Assembly (NCBI RefSeq): GCF_030144855.1
Contig: NC_082706.1
Location: 36,022,001 to 36,086,000, forward strand
Length of the DNA stretch: 64,000 nt
Origin: Hypanus sabinus
Taxonomy: Eukaryota
Reading direction: 5' to 3'
Positions 12,330 to 25,051 of the stretch are shown in pieces. The notes beneath the pieces are model-generated. The model did not search any database. It worked only from the letters and a program-made list of their open reading frames with translations, and was not told the origin of the DNA. How positions within the stretch are numbered: the first letter of the stretch is position 1; each line of letters starts with the position of its first letter. The translations under genes and the position numbers were made by a program.

Positions 12330-13740
12330 ATAAACCTACATTATTCATTTTAAAATCCAGGAGATACATGGTAACTAACTACACGCCTATATCAAATCTT
12401 CCCTTCCTGGGTAAGGTTCTTGTGAAAGTCATTTGCAACCACCTCAGTGACTTTCTGAATGATAGCAATATTCTAGAAAATTTTCAGTCAGGTTTTAGAA
12501 AAACCTCAGCATGGAGACGCCCCTTACCAAAATTGTCATTGACCTTAGGCTCAACGTTGATGGAGTCTCAGTTCTAATTTTTAGACCATAAATATGGGAG
12601 CAGAATTAGGCCATTTGGCCCATCAAGTCTTCTCCACCATTTCATCATGGCTGATCCATTTTTCCTCTCAGTCCCAGTCTCATACCTTCTCCCTGTATTC
12701 TTCATGCCCAGACTAATCAATGCCCTGACTAATGACTTTGTCTCCACAGCCACCTGTGGCAATGAATTCCACAGATTCACCACTCTCTGACTAAAAAATT
12801 TCCTCCTCATCTGCGTTCTAAAAGGATATCCCTCTATTCTGAGACTGTGTTCTCTACTCTTAAACTCTCTCACCATAGAAAACATCCTCTCCACATCCAC
12901 TCTATTGAGGCCTTTCAACATTCGATGGGTTTCAATGAGGTCATGCCTTATTCTTCTGAATTCCAGTAAATACAGGCCTAGAGCCATCAAATGCTCTTCA
13001 TATGACAAGCCTTTCAATCCAGGAATCAGTTTTGTGAACCTTCTTTGAACCCTCTCCAATGTCAGCACATCCTTTCTTAGATTAGGGGCCTAAAACTGCT
13101 CACAATACTCCAAGCGAGGCCTCACTAGTGCTTTGTAAAGTCTCAACATTACATCCTTGCTTTTAAATCCTAGACCTCTTGAAATGAATGACATCATTGC
13201 ATTTGCCTTTTTTACCAGCGCCTCAACCTGCAAATTAACCTTTTAGGGTGAGGACACCAAGTACCTTTGCACCTCAGATTTTTAAAAATTTTCTCTCTAT
13301 TTAGAAAATTATCTACACTTTTATTTCTTCTACTAAAGTGCATGACCATACATTTCTGGTCTGGGACCAGAGTACATCACAGAATTGTTTTTGTTTTATA
13401 ATCCCGCTTGAGCTCTCAAGTCTTCTTCCTCCAGGTTCTTAAATTTAGACAGTCTCCCTCAAAAGACAATTGGCAGTCAGATTTTCAGAAGCAAGCTCCT
13501 AAACTGTGGAATTCAATACATGTCCCTAAAACTATAAGGGATGTGGACTCTGTTGACACTTTTAAACACCACCTCAAAAATCTATTTATTTAACCTTGCT
13601 TTTAACTAAATCGTTTTGTCTTTTATTTTCATGTTTATTTTAACTTTATTTTCATATTTGTACTTTTATCCCATTGTAAAGCACTTTGAACTACATTATC
13701 TGTATGAAAAGTGCTCTACTAATAAAAAAGATTTATATTC
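12330..13740 (+). mobile_element. Internally deleted L2 LINE, split by a CR1 insertion
   Basis: 5' part NYTPISNLPFLGKVLVKV...FQSGFRK (12368-12500). 3' part APKLWNSI..TIRD..SVDTFKHHLK plus the gtaaagcactttga...gaaaagtgctcta L2 tail (13490-13730). Confidence 0.8.
12580..13355 (-). mobile_element. CR1 LINE 3' fragment nested in the L2
   Basis: LERVQRRFTKLIPGLKGLSYEEHL...FFSQRVVNLWNSLP (ORF 12574-13068). Confidence 0.9.
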
Positions 13741-14379
13741 ATAGTACCATCAAATCAACACATTCTAGTACATCAATGTCACTTACTTTTTCTTTTAAAC
13801 AATGCCCCCATGAAATGTTTGAGTGGCTATTATTGAAGACCCTCTCCCTTAGTGTCCAGTGGTGGCAAGGCCTGAGGTGGCAGTCATTTATAAGAGTCTT
13901 TGAGGTGGCTACACCAAGCTGGAATGTGGCAGGTGGCAGCATCTGATGTGGGATGTCTTTGTTGCAACGGAAAACCGAATTCAGGCAATGTGCATTTTCT
14001 GCTGAGATGATAATTTCTGTATCATCAGCATCTGTCCCTAGGAATCTGAAGATCAGGGTCAGTCAGACAACTCCTCAGTAAGGACAATGGCTTTTTTTTC
14101 AAACTCCATAGACAGGTGCATGATTATGTATAATTGTTATTGTAAGAAATGCAAAGGCTACCTTCACACAAGAGACTGCCACAGACACCATTTTGACATC
14201 TTGATCAACCTGGAAGTCGTAACATTTGGTTAGTTCACTCTGCAAAAAAAACCCAAAAAGGTTTATTTTACAACTGCATTGTTTTTAAACTTGGGAAATA
14301 ATGTTATCAAAGAAAATCACTCTCTCCCCCTTTGGCATGTACATAGCAGTACAGAACGTTCTTCCTTTATTAAACTGTT

Positions 14380-14550
14380 GGCATACCACGTGACAGCGTG
14401 ACCACCATTGCTCGGCTTGTTGGGCTGCGCATGCGTGTCATCGCAACAGGGCGACGAATGTAAAGGTACAGAAGAGCGCATGCGCGTTGCCCTTGTCACG
14501 AGGCAGGCTCCGGGGCGCAGGCGCAGTTGAGGGGTAGGGTGGCCGTAGGG
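14380..14550 (+). promoter_or_regulatory. TMED4 CpG-island promoter: E-box CCACGTGAC (14386-14394) and three NRF1-type motifs (14426-14437, 14475-14486, 14514-14525); TATA-less
   Basis: Local CpG retention. TGCGCATGCG, GCGCATGCGC and GCGCAGGCGCA lie within about 130 bp of the ATG. Confidence 0.75.
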
Positions 14551-14686
14551 ATGCGGGTGAGCGGCGCGCTTTTCTCGGCTTGGCTGGGCTTACAGCTCGG
14601 CCTGTCGCAGGGAATCTACTTCCACATCGGCGAGACCGAGAAAAAATGCTTCATAGAGGAGATTCCCGACGAGACCATGGTGATCG
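14551..14686 (+). CDS. TMED4: TMED4 exon 1 (signal peptide and start of the GOLD domain)
   Basis: [46 protein letters not shown]|gtgagt, phase 1. Confidence 0.95.
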
Positions 14687-14775
14687 GTGAGTGTGGCGGC
14701 CGGAGGCCGAACGCATCAGGTGGCGCAACGTCACCATCTGGCGGATGCGGGGACACGGACTCGGCAAGCCCCGCA

Positions 14776-14842
14776 CCGCCACTGACATCAGCCCCTGCCC
14801 CCGTCCCCGCCACTGACATCAGCCCCTGCCCCCGTCCCCGCC
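14776..14842 (+). repeat. 31-bp tandem duplication in TMED4 intron 1
   Basis: ccgccactgacatcagcccctgcccccgtcc occurs twice (actgac at 14781 and 14812), followed by a CCCCGCCCC GC box. Confidence 0.9.
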
Positions 14843-15429
14843 CCCGCCCCTCTTTTGGTTGGTAGCGGACTCCCGGAACCCGACTGGCGGTACTGAGCAC
14901 CAGGACTCGCGGCCAGCTGTGTTCTCTTTATTGGATGACACAGTTCTCCTTAACCCCTGCCCCTTCTGTAGGCTCCCATGGTGCACTATGCATCTTCTCC
15001 AATCTACACCTCCCCCGTGGTAAACCATTGTGACCACTTCGTTGACCACTGTGTCCTCTGTGCTCCCTGCTCCCAAATGCTAGGGAGCTGGCATCTTGCT
15101 ACTTATATGATGGTTACCTGAGGTGCCTTGTATTGGGTAGTGGTCATGACACTTGTACTTTGCTTGGGTAACATTGGACATCGTTTCTCTTTCACTGGTT
15201 TTAGTGAGTGATACTGGTCATTTTTGTTCTGAACATGAATTTTTGTACTTCATGTTTCAGGGCACAGTGCCCAGTGCCAACCTGTATAAGGTACAATTTC
15301 CTCAACCACCTGCCACTGGAAGGTGAACTTCCACATGACTGGCATTGGATGACACCATTAATGTTGTTGGTTCTAGCCAGTACAGTATGTGGTGCAGCTA
15401 TAGATTTTGCTCGCTGAGCTGAGAATGGT

Positions 15430-16160
15430 TAGCCATACACTAATGGCCACAATATCGTAATTCCATGTGTTGATCCATGCTCTGAGCTCATCTGCATTCC
15501 CTACAATACTTCCTGCATTGAAATAAATGCAGCATAAAACATTAGTCACACCATGCTCAAGCTTTTGCTTCCTGACTTTGTATGAAGTCTTAACAACATG
15601 TCTCCACAACCTCTCTAGCAAGCTGGTTCCCACACCCCCCCCCCCCCCAGCAACTCTGATTTAAGCCAACCACCCTCCCCCATGCAGTACTAGCAATAAT
15701 TCTCCTCCAGTTCCTGTGCAAACGGCCTTCTGTACAGGTTTCACCTTCCTTTAACTCAGTGCCTAACTCCCTTAATTCACTTTGCAGAACATTGTCCCTC
15801 TTCCCACTTATGTGATTGGCACCTACATGGACCACAACCTCAGGTGCTCACCCTCCCACTGAAGAATGTTGAGGACTTGATCCAAGATGTTCCAGATCCT
15901 GGCACTTGGGAGGCAACTTACCATCCAGGGATCTTGTTCTCCTTTCTCTTCCCCTAACAAATCCCATTATCACCACAGCTTGCCTCTTCTCTCTCCTTCC
16001 CTTTTGAACCATAAGCCAGACTCAGTCCCAGAAACCTGATCTCTGTGGCTTTCCTCTTACTTCCCCCCCCCCCAAACAGGATCCAAAGTGGTATACCTGT
16101 TTTTAAGGAGGATGGCCACAGGGGTATTTTGCACTCGTTTTAACACCTTTCACCCTCGTG
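15430..16160 (-). mobile_element. CR1 LINE 5' portion (ORF1 SGNH esterase and start of ORF2)
   Basis: VHVGANHI...ELRELGTELK and CIYFNAGSIVGNADELRAWINTWNYDIVAIS. Confidence 0.8.
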
Positions 16161-17199
16161 ACTGTGTAGTTATCAAAATTATGAACCTCATTTTTTAAAA
16201 TAGTCTGCTAGTTATTGTTTGTACAAGAGAATTGTAAATTTCTGCTAAATATTTTATAAATTAGGCTGGCTCCCATCTTTGGATTACTTTCTACCACCTT
16301 CCTTCATCCTTTAGCATTCAGTGAAACTGCTTCCTTTGCAAATCCCTGCTCCATCCTTTCATCCCTACATTTTGACCCAATTAAACAGCTGCCCCAATTA
16401 GCCGAGGTTTCATGGAAATAGTTAAAAACCTATTTAAAAAAAAGAAAAAAAACTACCATTTAACTGCGTAACAAATTTTGTGCTTAAATAAAATACAGAA
16501 CAAATTAGAATACTACCAATACTAATATAGTACTATAAAACTGTGTATTAGTTCATACTAGTTATCAATGGAGAAATTCTATGCCTCCACCTCCTTTTGA
16601 TTGACCAAATGAACAAAATTAGTGCAGATAATGGGCTGCCTTCATACAATAAAAACAAGCGATTCTTCAGATGCTGAAAATCCAGAGCAACATACAGAAC
16701 TGTTGGAGCAGCTCAACAGGTCAGGCAGCATCTACAGAAATGAATAAACAGTCGGTGTTTTGAGCCGAGACCCTTCTTTAGGACTGGAAACGAAGGGGAA
16801 AGATGCCAGAATACAAGGTGGGGAGAGGGGAAGGACTATCTAGAAAGTGAAAGATGAAGCCTGGTGGGTGGGTGAGGTAAAGAGTGGGGGGGAAAGGAAT
16901 AATGAGAGTTCCTTCATACAATGCTGACCATATTTGCCTGCCCTTTTGCTTCCATTTTTTTAATTCCTTTTCCTTCATTTGTTTAGTCTAGCCATTGGCC
17001 ATCTCCTAATAGGCCAGACTAAATATTTTGCATGCTGTGCACCAGAAGTTCATCACAAGACCATGAGGCTTGACTACCATCAAAAAATTCTGTTTTTTCT
17101 GCCTGTTGTCCTTCCTCATTCTTGCTACCCAGCCGAACTGGTTTACTTTCTTGGTTTTGGTGAGGGTCGCTGACCTGAAATGTTAATCGTTTCCATGTG

Positions 17200-17600
17200 T
17201 GCTTGTCTTGCCAAGCTTTTCCCACATTTTCTCTTCGTTGCATTCTGAGGTGGCTGACGAAGACCCTGCCTCAAACGTCAGTGGGGGGGTGCTTAGCCGT
17301 TGATAGTTTGGGAGGTGGTCCCTGTACTAATCACATTGAGCTTCCCTGTGTGCCTAATGATGAGACTCGGGATTCTTGGTCCATTTTTGAATGGCCCATT
17401 GATACACCTTTACAAGGAGGCTTTGAGAACATCCATGAACCATATTTTCTTCAATGCTCTGATGGAATTGCAGCATATGCTTGGGGAGTCCAGTGTCAGG
17501 TATGCAAATGACGTGGCCCACCTATCAGAGCCAGCGAAATGTAATTATGCTGGATAGGTGCTACGTATCATGATGTTTCTGTTGGGCCTGTAACTTCAGG
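17200..17600 (-). mobile_element. RTE-clade LINE 3' fragment
   Basis: Minus-strand remnants GHVICIPDTGLPK...FMDVLKASL resemble the RTE RW.GHV.RM.D.RLPK motif. Confidence 0.6.
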
Positions 17601-17724
17601 TGCCTACAACAAGAACTTAATAAATGGCTAGATTGTTTTGCTGTTGTACTGGAGTGTCAGCCATGATCAGTGTCATTATAGGAAGTCTGTAATTTCAGCT
17701 GGATATGAATACCAACTAATTAAG

Positions 17725-18030
17725 ACCACAAGACATAGGAGCAGAATTAGGCCATTCAGTCCATTGAGTCTGCCCTGCCATTTCATCATGGCTGAGCCAT
17801 TTTCCCCTCAACCCCACCTTCCTGCCTTCTCCTCATATCCTTTCATGCCTTGACCAATCAAGAACCTATCAACCTCTGCCTTAAATGCACCCAATGATCT
17901 GGCTTCCACAGTCACATGTAGCAACAAATTCCACAGATTCACCACCCTCCAGTTAAAGAAATCCTTCCTCATCTCTGTTTCGAGGCTGTGCACTCTAATC
18001 CTAGACTGCCCCACCAAAGGAAACATCTGT
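17725..18030 (-). mobile_element. CR1 LINE 3' fragment
   Basis: FFNWRVVNLWNLL..VEARSLGAFKAEVDRFL plus the CR1 terminal motif. Confidence 0.85.
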
Positions 18031-18898
18031 TAAAATCCTCTTTCTGTCACAGCGTAATATTCTCCATGTTACCACATTAGCAGTTTGCGTGTTACAAAAG
18101 CCTAATTTTGACTAAGGTGCTATTAATAACATTCATTTTTACTGCATGAGATGAATCATCCTCTGGCAAATAAATATCTCTGAAGGTTGTGCTAATGATC
18201 ATTGCTGCTGAATAAGAACAAAACTCAGCTAGAAGCCCCTTCTGCTTATTGGATGTGATCATTACACTGAGTCTTCATAGAGTGAAGACACAGGCCACTC
18301 AGCCCATCAAATCCATGCTAACTACCCACCATGTATTCTTTCATTACTCATTACACCTCTACCATAGTACTACTCATCTGGACACTAGGGGCAATCTACA
18401 ATGGACAATCAGTCTCCTTTGGGATGTGGAAGGAAACTGGAGCACCCAAAGGAAACCAGTGTGGTCATGGAAATATCCAAACTGCACACAGAGAGCAACT
18501 AGGGTCAGGATTGAATCTGTGACACTGGAGCTGAGAGGCAACGGCTCTACCAGTCACGTCACCCAATCTGGGCCATTTTTCTTTCACAGTCATGGACAGC
18601 TGGTGAAAGTGATTTTTCAAGCTAGATTTGAACCAGTGACCATAAATATAAAATTATTACTAATGAATTGGTTGCTTCAGAGAAACCATTTCACTAAACT
18701 GTTGAGACTTGTTCACTCGTGCAATTAAGTAGCTGCTGGAGAGCACATTGTGGAGAACAGAAGGCTGTTGATAGAAGATTGGAAGGCTGGTGCTTTGCCT
18801 AACTTAGCCTTGGGCTTACTAAACTGAAAGACCAAAATGTGTCAACCATTTTGAGTGATTCTATCCAGTTCCTTTTTTTTTCTGAAATGTTAATGCAG

Positions 18899-18999
18899 GT
18901 AACTACCGGACTCAACTATGGGATAAGCAGTTGGAAACCTTTCTGCCCTCAACTCCAGGACTGGGAATGCACGTTGAAGTGCGCGATCCTGATATGAAG
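18899..18999 (+). CDS. TMED4: TMED4 exon 2
   Basis: atgcag|GT AAC...AAG|gtaggg, 101 bp, (G)[51 protein letters not shown] is diagnostic of TMED4 rather than TMED9. Confidence 0.95.
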
Positions 19000-20754
19000 G
19001 TAGGGTGCAGCGTAGAATTGAGGTGATGCATGGCAGTTTGGAAAATACTGGAGAAGGACCACCAGAACCATACTTAATGGAGCAAAGTATTTGATGTGCA
19101 GAATTGTTCCTAAGTTATTCACTGTTTACTTGGGCTATGTACGGCTACTTCTGATATAAACTGCGTGTTAAGCGTTCATACAGGATACAGCATGGAAGCG
19201 GTCCTTTGGCCCACCAAATTTCTGCTAGCCATCAACCATCCATTTTTATAATAATACTACACTAATGCTGTTTTTCTCCCCCTCAAACATTTTGATCAGT
19301 TCCTGCCAGGCTTTACCATTCACGTGCAATTTATATTGCTCAATAAACTACTGGCCTGCACCTTTTTGGAGATATGAGGAGGAACTGGAACAGCTGGAAG
19401 AAACACACAGTCACTGGGAGAACATCAGACTCTCCATTGTCATAACCTTCGGTGCTATCGGAACCTGGCTGCGAGGCAGTGGCTCTAATGGCTGCATCAC
19501 TGTGCCACCACAAATGTCATAGGGCAAGGAGTGTTTGAACTTTGAACCAGTGGTGCTATAGCGGTGCAATGAGAAGTCATCCTCCCCACTCTGATTGGCT
19601 CCATTGCGAAATCACCGGGCCTCAAGTTGAAAGGTTGGTCCCAAAGTTAGCATAATTCAGTTTTCAGCAGTCTTTAGCAGAGTTGGTCAGCGATCTCCTC
19701 CCAAAACATTTCAAATAACCCACAGATCTCACCTTTACACATTGCGACAGAGCAAGAAGTTTCCATTTCTAAGTCAAAGAATGGGAAATTGAAGCTAATG
19801 TTTGTAATTGCCAACTTTAATAGAAATGTATGCCTTGCATCTCATTACTATTCCTTAATTCAGTAAGTACCTTTCAGCTTGCGGCTGAACTGAAGCATTG
19901 CTGGAGAAATGACCCATACAGTAATCCTTAGTGCAACGTATTGGGTTAATCCAAAGCAAATGAAACAGAGGCCCACTGAGGATGCTATTAGAGGTAAATT
20001 GAACCTCTTGGATTTGAAAACTGGGAAGAGATTGGAAATGGCCTCCCTGTACTCGGAAATCTGTCTTCTGCACAGTAATCTGTGCAACTTGAGTTCAGAC
20101 TCTTTGGTGGTGCCCTTTAACCCTTCGCTCTTCACGGAAGGACCAAGTTCATGTGGCCACCCCTGATGCTGGGGGGAGGATGTTTTCTGAATTCTGAGAT
20201 TTGTGTGACTGTAGTTTATATTGGTCTCCTTTAGTTTTCTGTGTTTTCTTTCTTGTTGCATTTAATGGGTGGGTGATACCTTTTTGTGCGAGGGAGGGTT
20301 GGGGATTTGGTGTCTGATGACCTTGTTGGTATTCTTTTTGTGTGAGAGAGAATGGTTGGGGTTTGATGCTGTTGTCGATGTTTTTTATGCAGAGTTGGGG
20401 GAGGGGGAGCTGTCGTTTTCTAAATGGGCAATCTGTTAGTTATTGTACGCGGGAGAGGTTGGGTTTGGGGTTTGATGTTCAAGCTGCCATTTTTCATGTG
20501 AGCAATTTTTTTTGTGCGAGGAAGGGATTTTGGGGGGGTTGCCAGTTTTATTTCTTTTTTGTGTGGGGGAGGGAGTTGATGTCTTTCAACAACGCCCATG
20601 GTTTTTCTGTGTTTAATGGCTGTCTGGAGAAGATAAATATCAGAGTTGTACATGCATACTTTGACAATAAAATTAACCTTGAACTTTTAATCAAATGACC
20701 TGTGAAACTGCACTGTAAGCATGCAGAATACTGATGAAACACCCTTTATTATAA

Positions 20755-20935
20755 ACATGAGATTCTCCAGGTGCTGGAAATCCAGAGTAACATAGAAAAC
20801 ACTGTGGGAATTCAGCAGGCCAGGCAAATGAATAAGCAGTCGACATTTCAGGCGTAGATCTTCATCAGGACTGATGAAGGGTCTCAGCCCAAATTGTCAA
20901 CTGTTTGTTAATTCCACAGAAGCTGCCTGACCTGT
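20755..20935. mobile_element. Penelope-derived foldback element with two head-to-head hammerhead-like cores
   Basis: cagtcgacatttc...ttcatcag-ga-ctgatgaagggtctcagcccaaattgtcaactg inside inverted arms (cagcagg..caggc / gcctgacctg). Confidence 0.7.
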
Positions 20936-21119
20936 GGAACACCCTTTATCTGTGTGAAGGTATAAAATGCAGACAGTCGATCACTGTTTTCTTCCCACAG
21001 AGAGTTGTTGATTGAACATACTGAATAAAGGTGTGGACTGTGCTTAACGGGGAGTAAATTCAGAAATGGAAGCTACAAAGGTACTTGGCAGCCCAAGTGC
21101 ATGATTCACTAAATAGACA

Positions 21120-21262
21120 GACACAAAATGCTGGAGGAGCTTAGCAGGCCCGGCAGCATCTATGGAAATGTGTAAACAGTCAACCCTTGGTCTCAGCCCA
21201 AAGTAATGACTGTTTATTCATTTCCATAGATGCTGCCTAACCTGCTGAGTCCCTCCAGCATA
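21120..21262. mobile_element. Penelope-derived foldback (hairpin) element
   Basis: tgctggaggagcttagcaggcccggcagcatctatggaaatg...catttccatagatgctgcctaacctgctgagtccctccagca inverted arms. Confidence 0.75.
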
Positions 21263-22136
21263 TATTCAAAGATTCAAAGTACTTTTATATTGAAAGAATG
21301 TATAAATTATGCATCCTTGAGATTTGTTTGCTCACAGATAGCTACAAATCAAGAAACCCAAAAGAGCCCGATTAAAGCAAAAAGACCAACACCAAATGTG
21401 CAAGAGAAATAAAAAAAACAAATCATGCAAACATTTGAAGAGAACGACATTCCAAGCTAAAATTTAATCCTCAGAACCCCGGAATAGGCCCACGGCCTCA
21501 ATGATCATATTAGTGGAAACAGCAGCCGGGGCTGTCTTCATAGCCTCTGTACCATGGAAGGAAGAGTGACAATTGCAGAAAGCAAGTGAAATTGGTCGCG
21601 CCTCGGATCCCGACACCCTGACTTTTCAGTCTATCTGGGTTGGTATTTAAATTGACCATACAAGGAGCATCAAGAGGCTCCAGTGCTGGAAGGTGATCAC
21701 ACACACTCGCCACCCCCCCTGCTGGAAACCCACACAGTCACGGGGAGAACATGCAAACTCCATATAGACAGCAGTGGGAATTGAACCTGTGTCGCTGGTG
21801 TTGTAAAGCGTTGTGCTAACAACTACGCTACCGTGCTGCCCCCATTTTGTGTGTGTGGTTCTGGATTTCCAGCATCTGTGGAAGCTCTTGTGTCAGTGGA
21901 ATTCATTGCCACTGTTGACTGATGGCCAAGTCATTGTGTATATTTAAAGCAGAGGTTGAAGGTTCTTTATCAGTAAGAGCTTCAAAGGTTGCAGGGAGAA
22001 ATAAATCAGCCGTGATCAAGTGGGCTGAATGACCCAATTCTGCTCCTTTGTCTTATGGTCATGATTTACATCACTGAATGATGAGTTCCAGCATACACTC
22101 TGGCTCCTGCAGACTGACTGTTTCTTCCATTTCTAG

Positions 22137-22262
22137 GTGATCCTGTCCCGACAGTATGGCTCTGAAGGACGATTCACCTTCACCTCTCACACTCCAGGTG
22201 AGCATCAGATCTGCCTCCACTCCAACTCAACAAAGATGTCATTATTTGCAGGTGGCAAGCTG
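22137..22262 (+). CDS. TMED4: TMED4 exon 3
   Basis: ttctag|GTG...CTG|gtaagt, 126 bp, [42 protein letters not shown]. Confidence 0.97.
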
Positions 22263-22779
22263 GTAAGTTCAAAGTAAATTTATTATCAAAGTACATGTAT
22301 GTCTCCATTTAAAACCCTGAGATTCGTTTTTCTTGTAGGCCTTCTCAATAAACCATAATAGAATCAGTGAAAGAGCACCCCAGTTCGTGCATTCAACCAG
22401 TGTACAAGAGACAACAAACTGTAAATGCAAGAAGAAAGAAATTATAATAATAAGTATCAAGAACATGAGATGAAGAATCATTGAAAGTGAATCCATTGGT
22501 TATGGGAACATTTCAGTGATGGGGCAAGTGAAGTTACCCCTTTGGTTCAAGAGCCAGATGGTTGAGGGGTAATAACTGTTCCTGAACCTGAACTGAAAAT
22601 GATTCCTGTTCCTGAAAAATATATTTGTTTTCTCTGATGAATATGTTGGAGTTTGTCATTGAAAGGTCAGTTAAAATTGACACCTGTATCCAGCTGGAAA
22701 CTGGTGAAATGTTTATGCGTCGTATACCCCGGGAAAGCACTAAATCCTTTTTCATCAAAAATTTGTATTCAATGCAACA

Positions 22780-23570
22780 TGCTCAAAATGCTGGACGAAC
22801 TCAGCAGGTCAGGCAGCATCAATGGAAATAAACTAACAGTCAGCAATTCTAGCCAAGACCTTTCATCAGGACTGGTAAGGAAGGTAGAAGATGCAAGAAT
22901 TAAAAGGTGTGGGGAGGGGAGGAGAGGAGCATCAAACTAGAATGAGATTGCTGAAGCCAGGTGGGTGGGAAAGGTAAAATACCGAAGAACAAGTAATATG
23001 TAGGAGAGGAGAGTGGACCATGGGAGAAAGGGAAGAAGGAGGGGAACCAGAGGAGTTGATCGGCGGGTGATGGGAAGAGTAAGAGGCCAGAGTGGGGAGT
23101 AGAGGAGGGAAGGTGGGGGATGGGAAATGAAGGAAAGGAGAAATCTATATTTATGCGATCAGGTTGAAGACCACCTAGGCAGATTCTGACTTGTTGCTCC
23201 TTCACGCTGAGAGTGGCCTCGCCATGGTAGAGGAGGCCATGGACCGACATGCTAGAATGGGATTGGGGATAGGAATTAAAATGGTTGGCCACCAGGAAAG
23301 TTCTACTTTTGTTGATGGAGCGGAGATGCCTGACAAAGAGCAGACCCCAATTTACATCAGCCTCATCAATGTAGAGGAGGAGCACTAGATACAATAGACA
23401 ATCCCAACAGATTTGCTGGTGTAGTGTTATCTCACCTGCAAGGACTGTTTTGGGCCCTGAGTGGAGATGAGGGAGGAGGTGAATGGACAGGTTTAGCTTT
23501 TCTGTTGTTTTCAGGGATATGTGCCAGAAGGAAGATTAGTGGGGTGGGACAAATGGATAAGGGAGTCAAT
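22780..23570 (-). mobile_element. Penelope-like element 3' portion
   Basis: LYIDEAD...VANHFNS...ATLSVKEQQVRICLGGLQPDRINIDFS (GIY-YIG C-terminus), then a pyrimidine tract and a hammerhead-like terminus. Confidence 0.8.
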
Positions 23571-23574
23571 AGAC

Positions 23575-23905
23575 AGTAGGTGCAGGAGTAGGCCATTTGG
23601 CCCTTCTAGCCAGCACCACCATTCACTGTGATCATGGCTGATCATACACAGTCAGTATCCCATTCATGCCCTCTTCCCATATCCCTTGACCCCGCTATCT
23701 CTAAGAGCTCCATCTAACTCTCTCTTGAATGCATCCAGAGACTTGGCCTCCACTGCCTCCTGGGGCAGAGCATTCCACATATCCACCACTCTCTGGGGTG
23801 AAAAAGTTTTTCCGCATCTCTGTTCTAAATGGCCTACCCCTTATTCTTAAACTGTGGCCTCTAGTTTGGGACTCACCCATCAGTGGGAACATGCTTCCTG
23901 CCTCA
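23575..23905 (-). mobile_element. CR1 LINE 3' fragment
   Basis: MFPLMGESQTRGHSLRIRGRPFRTEMRKNFFT. Confidence 0.85.
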
Positions 23906-24220
23906 TGGAGAATCATGGAGGAAACAATCTCTGTGGAGAGTGTGATGGGGAGGGGTGTAAAGATTTGTTTGTTGGTAGTATCCAGCTAAAGTTGCAGAGA
24001 ATAATTAGTTGAGTGCAGAGGCTAATGGGGTGGTAGTTGAGGAAAAGAGGAACTATATTCCAGGTAGGGTGAGTGTTGATGTCCGGAAAATGGAGATGTG
24101 CGTGACTGCAGCATCAATGGTGTTGCTCAGTATCCCTGTATTCAGTACTTTGATTTTTGAAGGGCAGTGTGTCAAAAACGCTCTTTACATCCCTATCTAC
24201 CTGTGAAGCCACTATCATGC

Positions 24221-24704
24221 TGTATCCAGAGATACCAGCCATGTGATAGATGCACTGCCACCTGGCTGGTCGGAGGACACACCACATGCCAATCAACATT
24301 TGGTCCCTCCCAACTAATCAATGCGCACCTAAATTATTGGTAACCTTAATTGGATTATCTCATCCAGCCCCATGCTATAAAAGGTGAGACTTGTCCCTGG
24401 CTCGGTCTCTCTTACAGACCACCTCATTGAAGGTAAGTGCATTGATTTATGTTTGGGAAGGATTATCGTTTGTCCTGGTAAGGGAGCCGCAGCTATCCAA
24501 GGTCAAGGGGGGTAGCTGTTGTAGTGCTTTTCCCTTGTTCTTTGTTTGTGTAACCGTACCTTGTCCCCACACCGCTTCCTGTGTATTGTAGTTGCTTGTG
24601 TTGACCCGACTTCCCCTTGTAAATAAATTCCTTATTATTAAAACTGTGTGTGTCCAGGCCTCTACTGTTGAGACTCAAAGAACCAGTTATTTTCCATCAC
24701 AACA
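24221..24704 (+). mobile_element. Solo LTR, 484 bp, TGT...ACA, with 5-bp TSD CATGC
   Basis: catgc|TGTATCC...CACAACA|catgc. TATAAAA at 24376-24382, AG|GTAAGT at 24433, AATAAA at 24622-24627. Confidence 0.85.
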
Positions 24705-25051
24705 CATGCTCACCCACAAATTTTTATGATCCAATTTACCACATTATCATCCAGATCATTGGCTTCTCCCATGAGGCCATGTCAAATCCAACTTACTACC
24801 TCATCCTGAATGCCAGATGACTGAACCTTCTTCACCAGCCTCCCATGCAGAACCTTGTCAGAGGTCTTGCTAAATCAATATAGACAACATCCACTACCTT
24901 GCCTTCAACTTTCATGGTACCCTCCTCAATAAACTCTTAAGAGTTTGGTTAGACACAATCTATCATGCACAAAGCCGTGTTAACTATCCTGAATCGTGCC
25001 CTGTCTATCCAAATACTTATATATCAGGTCCCTTAGAATACCTTCCAATAG

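Noticed and set aside
14527-14865. 112-aa ORF with a Pro-rich tail as an intronless TMED protein
   Set aside because: It starts at TTG and reads through the G|gtgagt donor. The real start is ATG 14551, and the tail is intron 1 tandem repeat.
17250-17285. ctgacgaagaccctgcctcaaacgtc as a hammerhead core
   Set aside because: Lacks GAAA and convincing stems, and lies within a minus-strand RTE remnant; probably chance.
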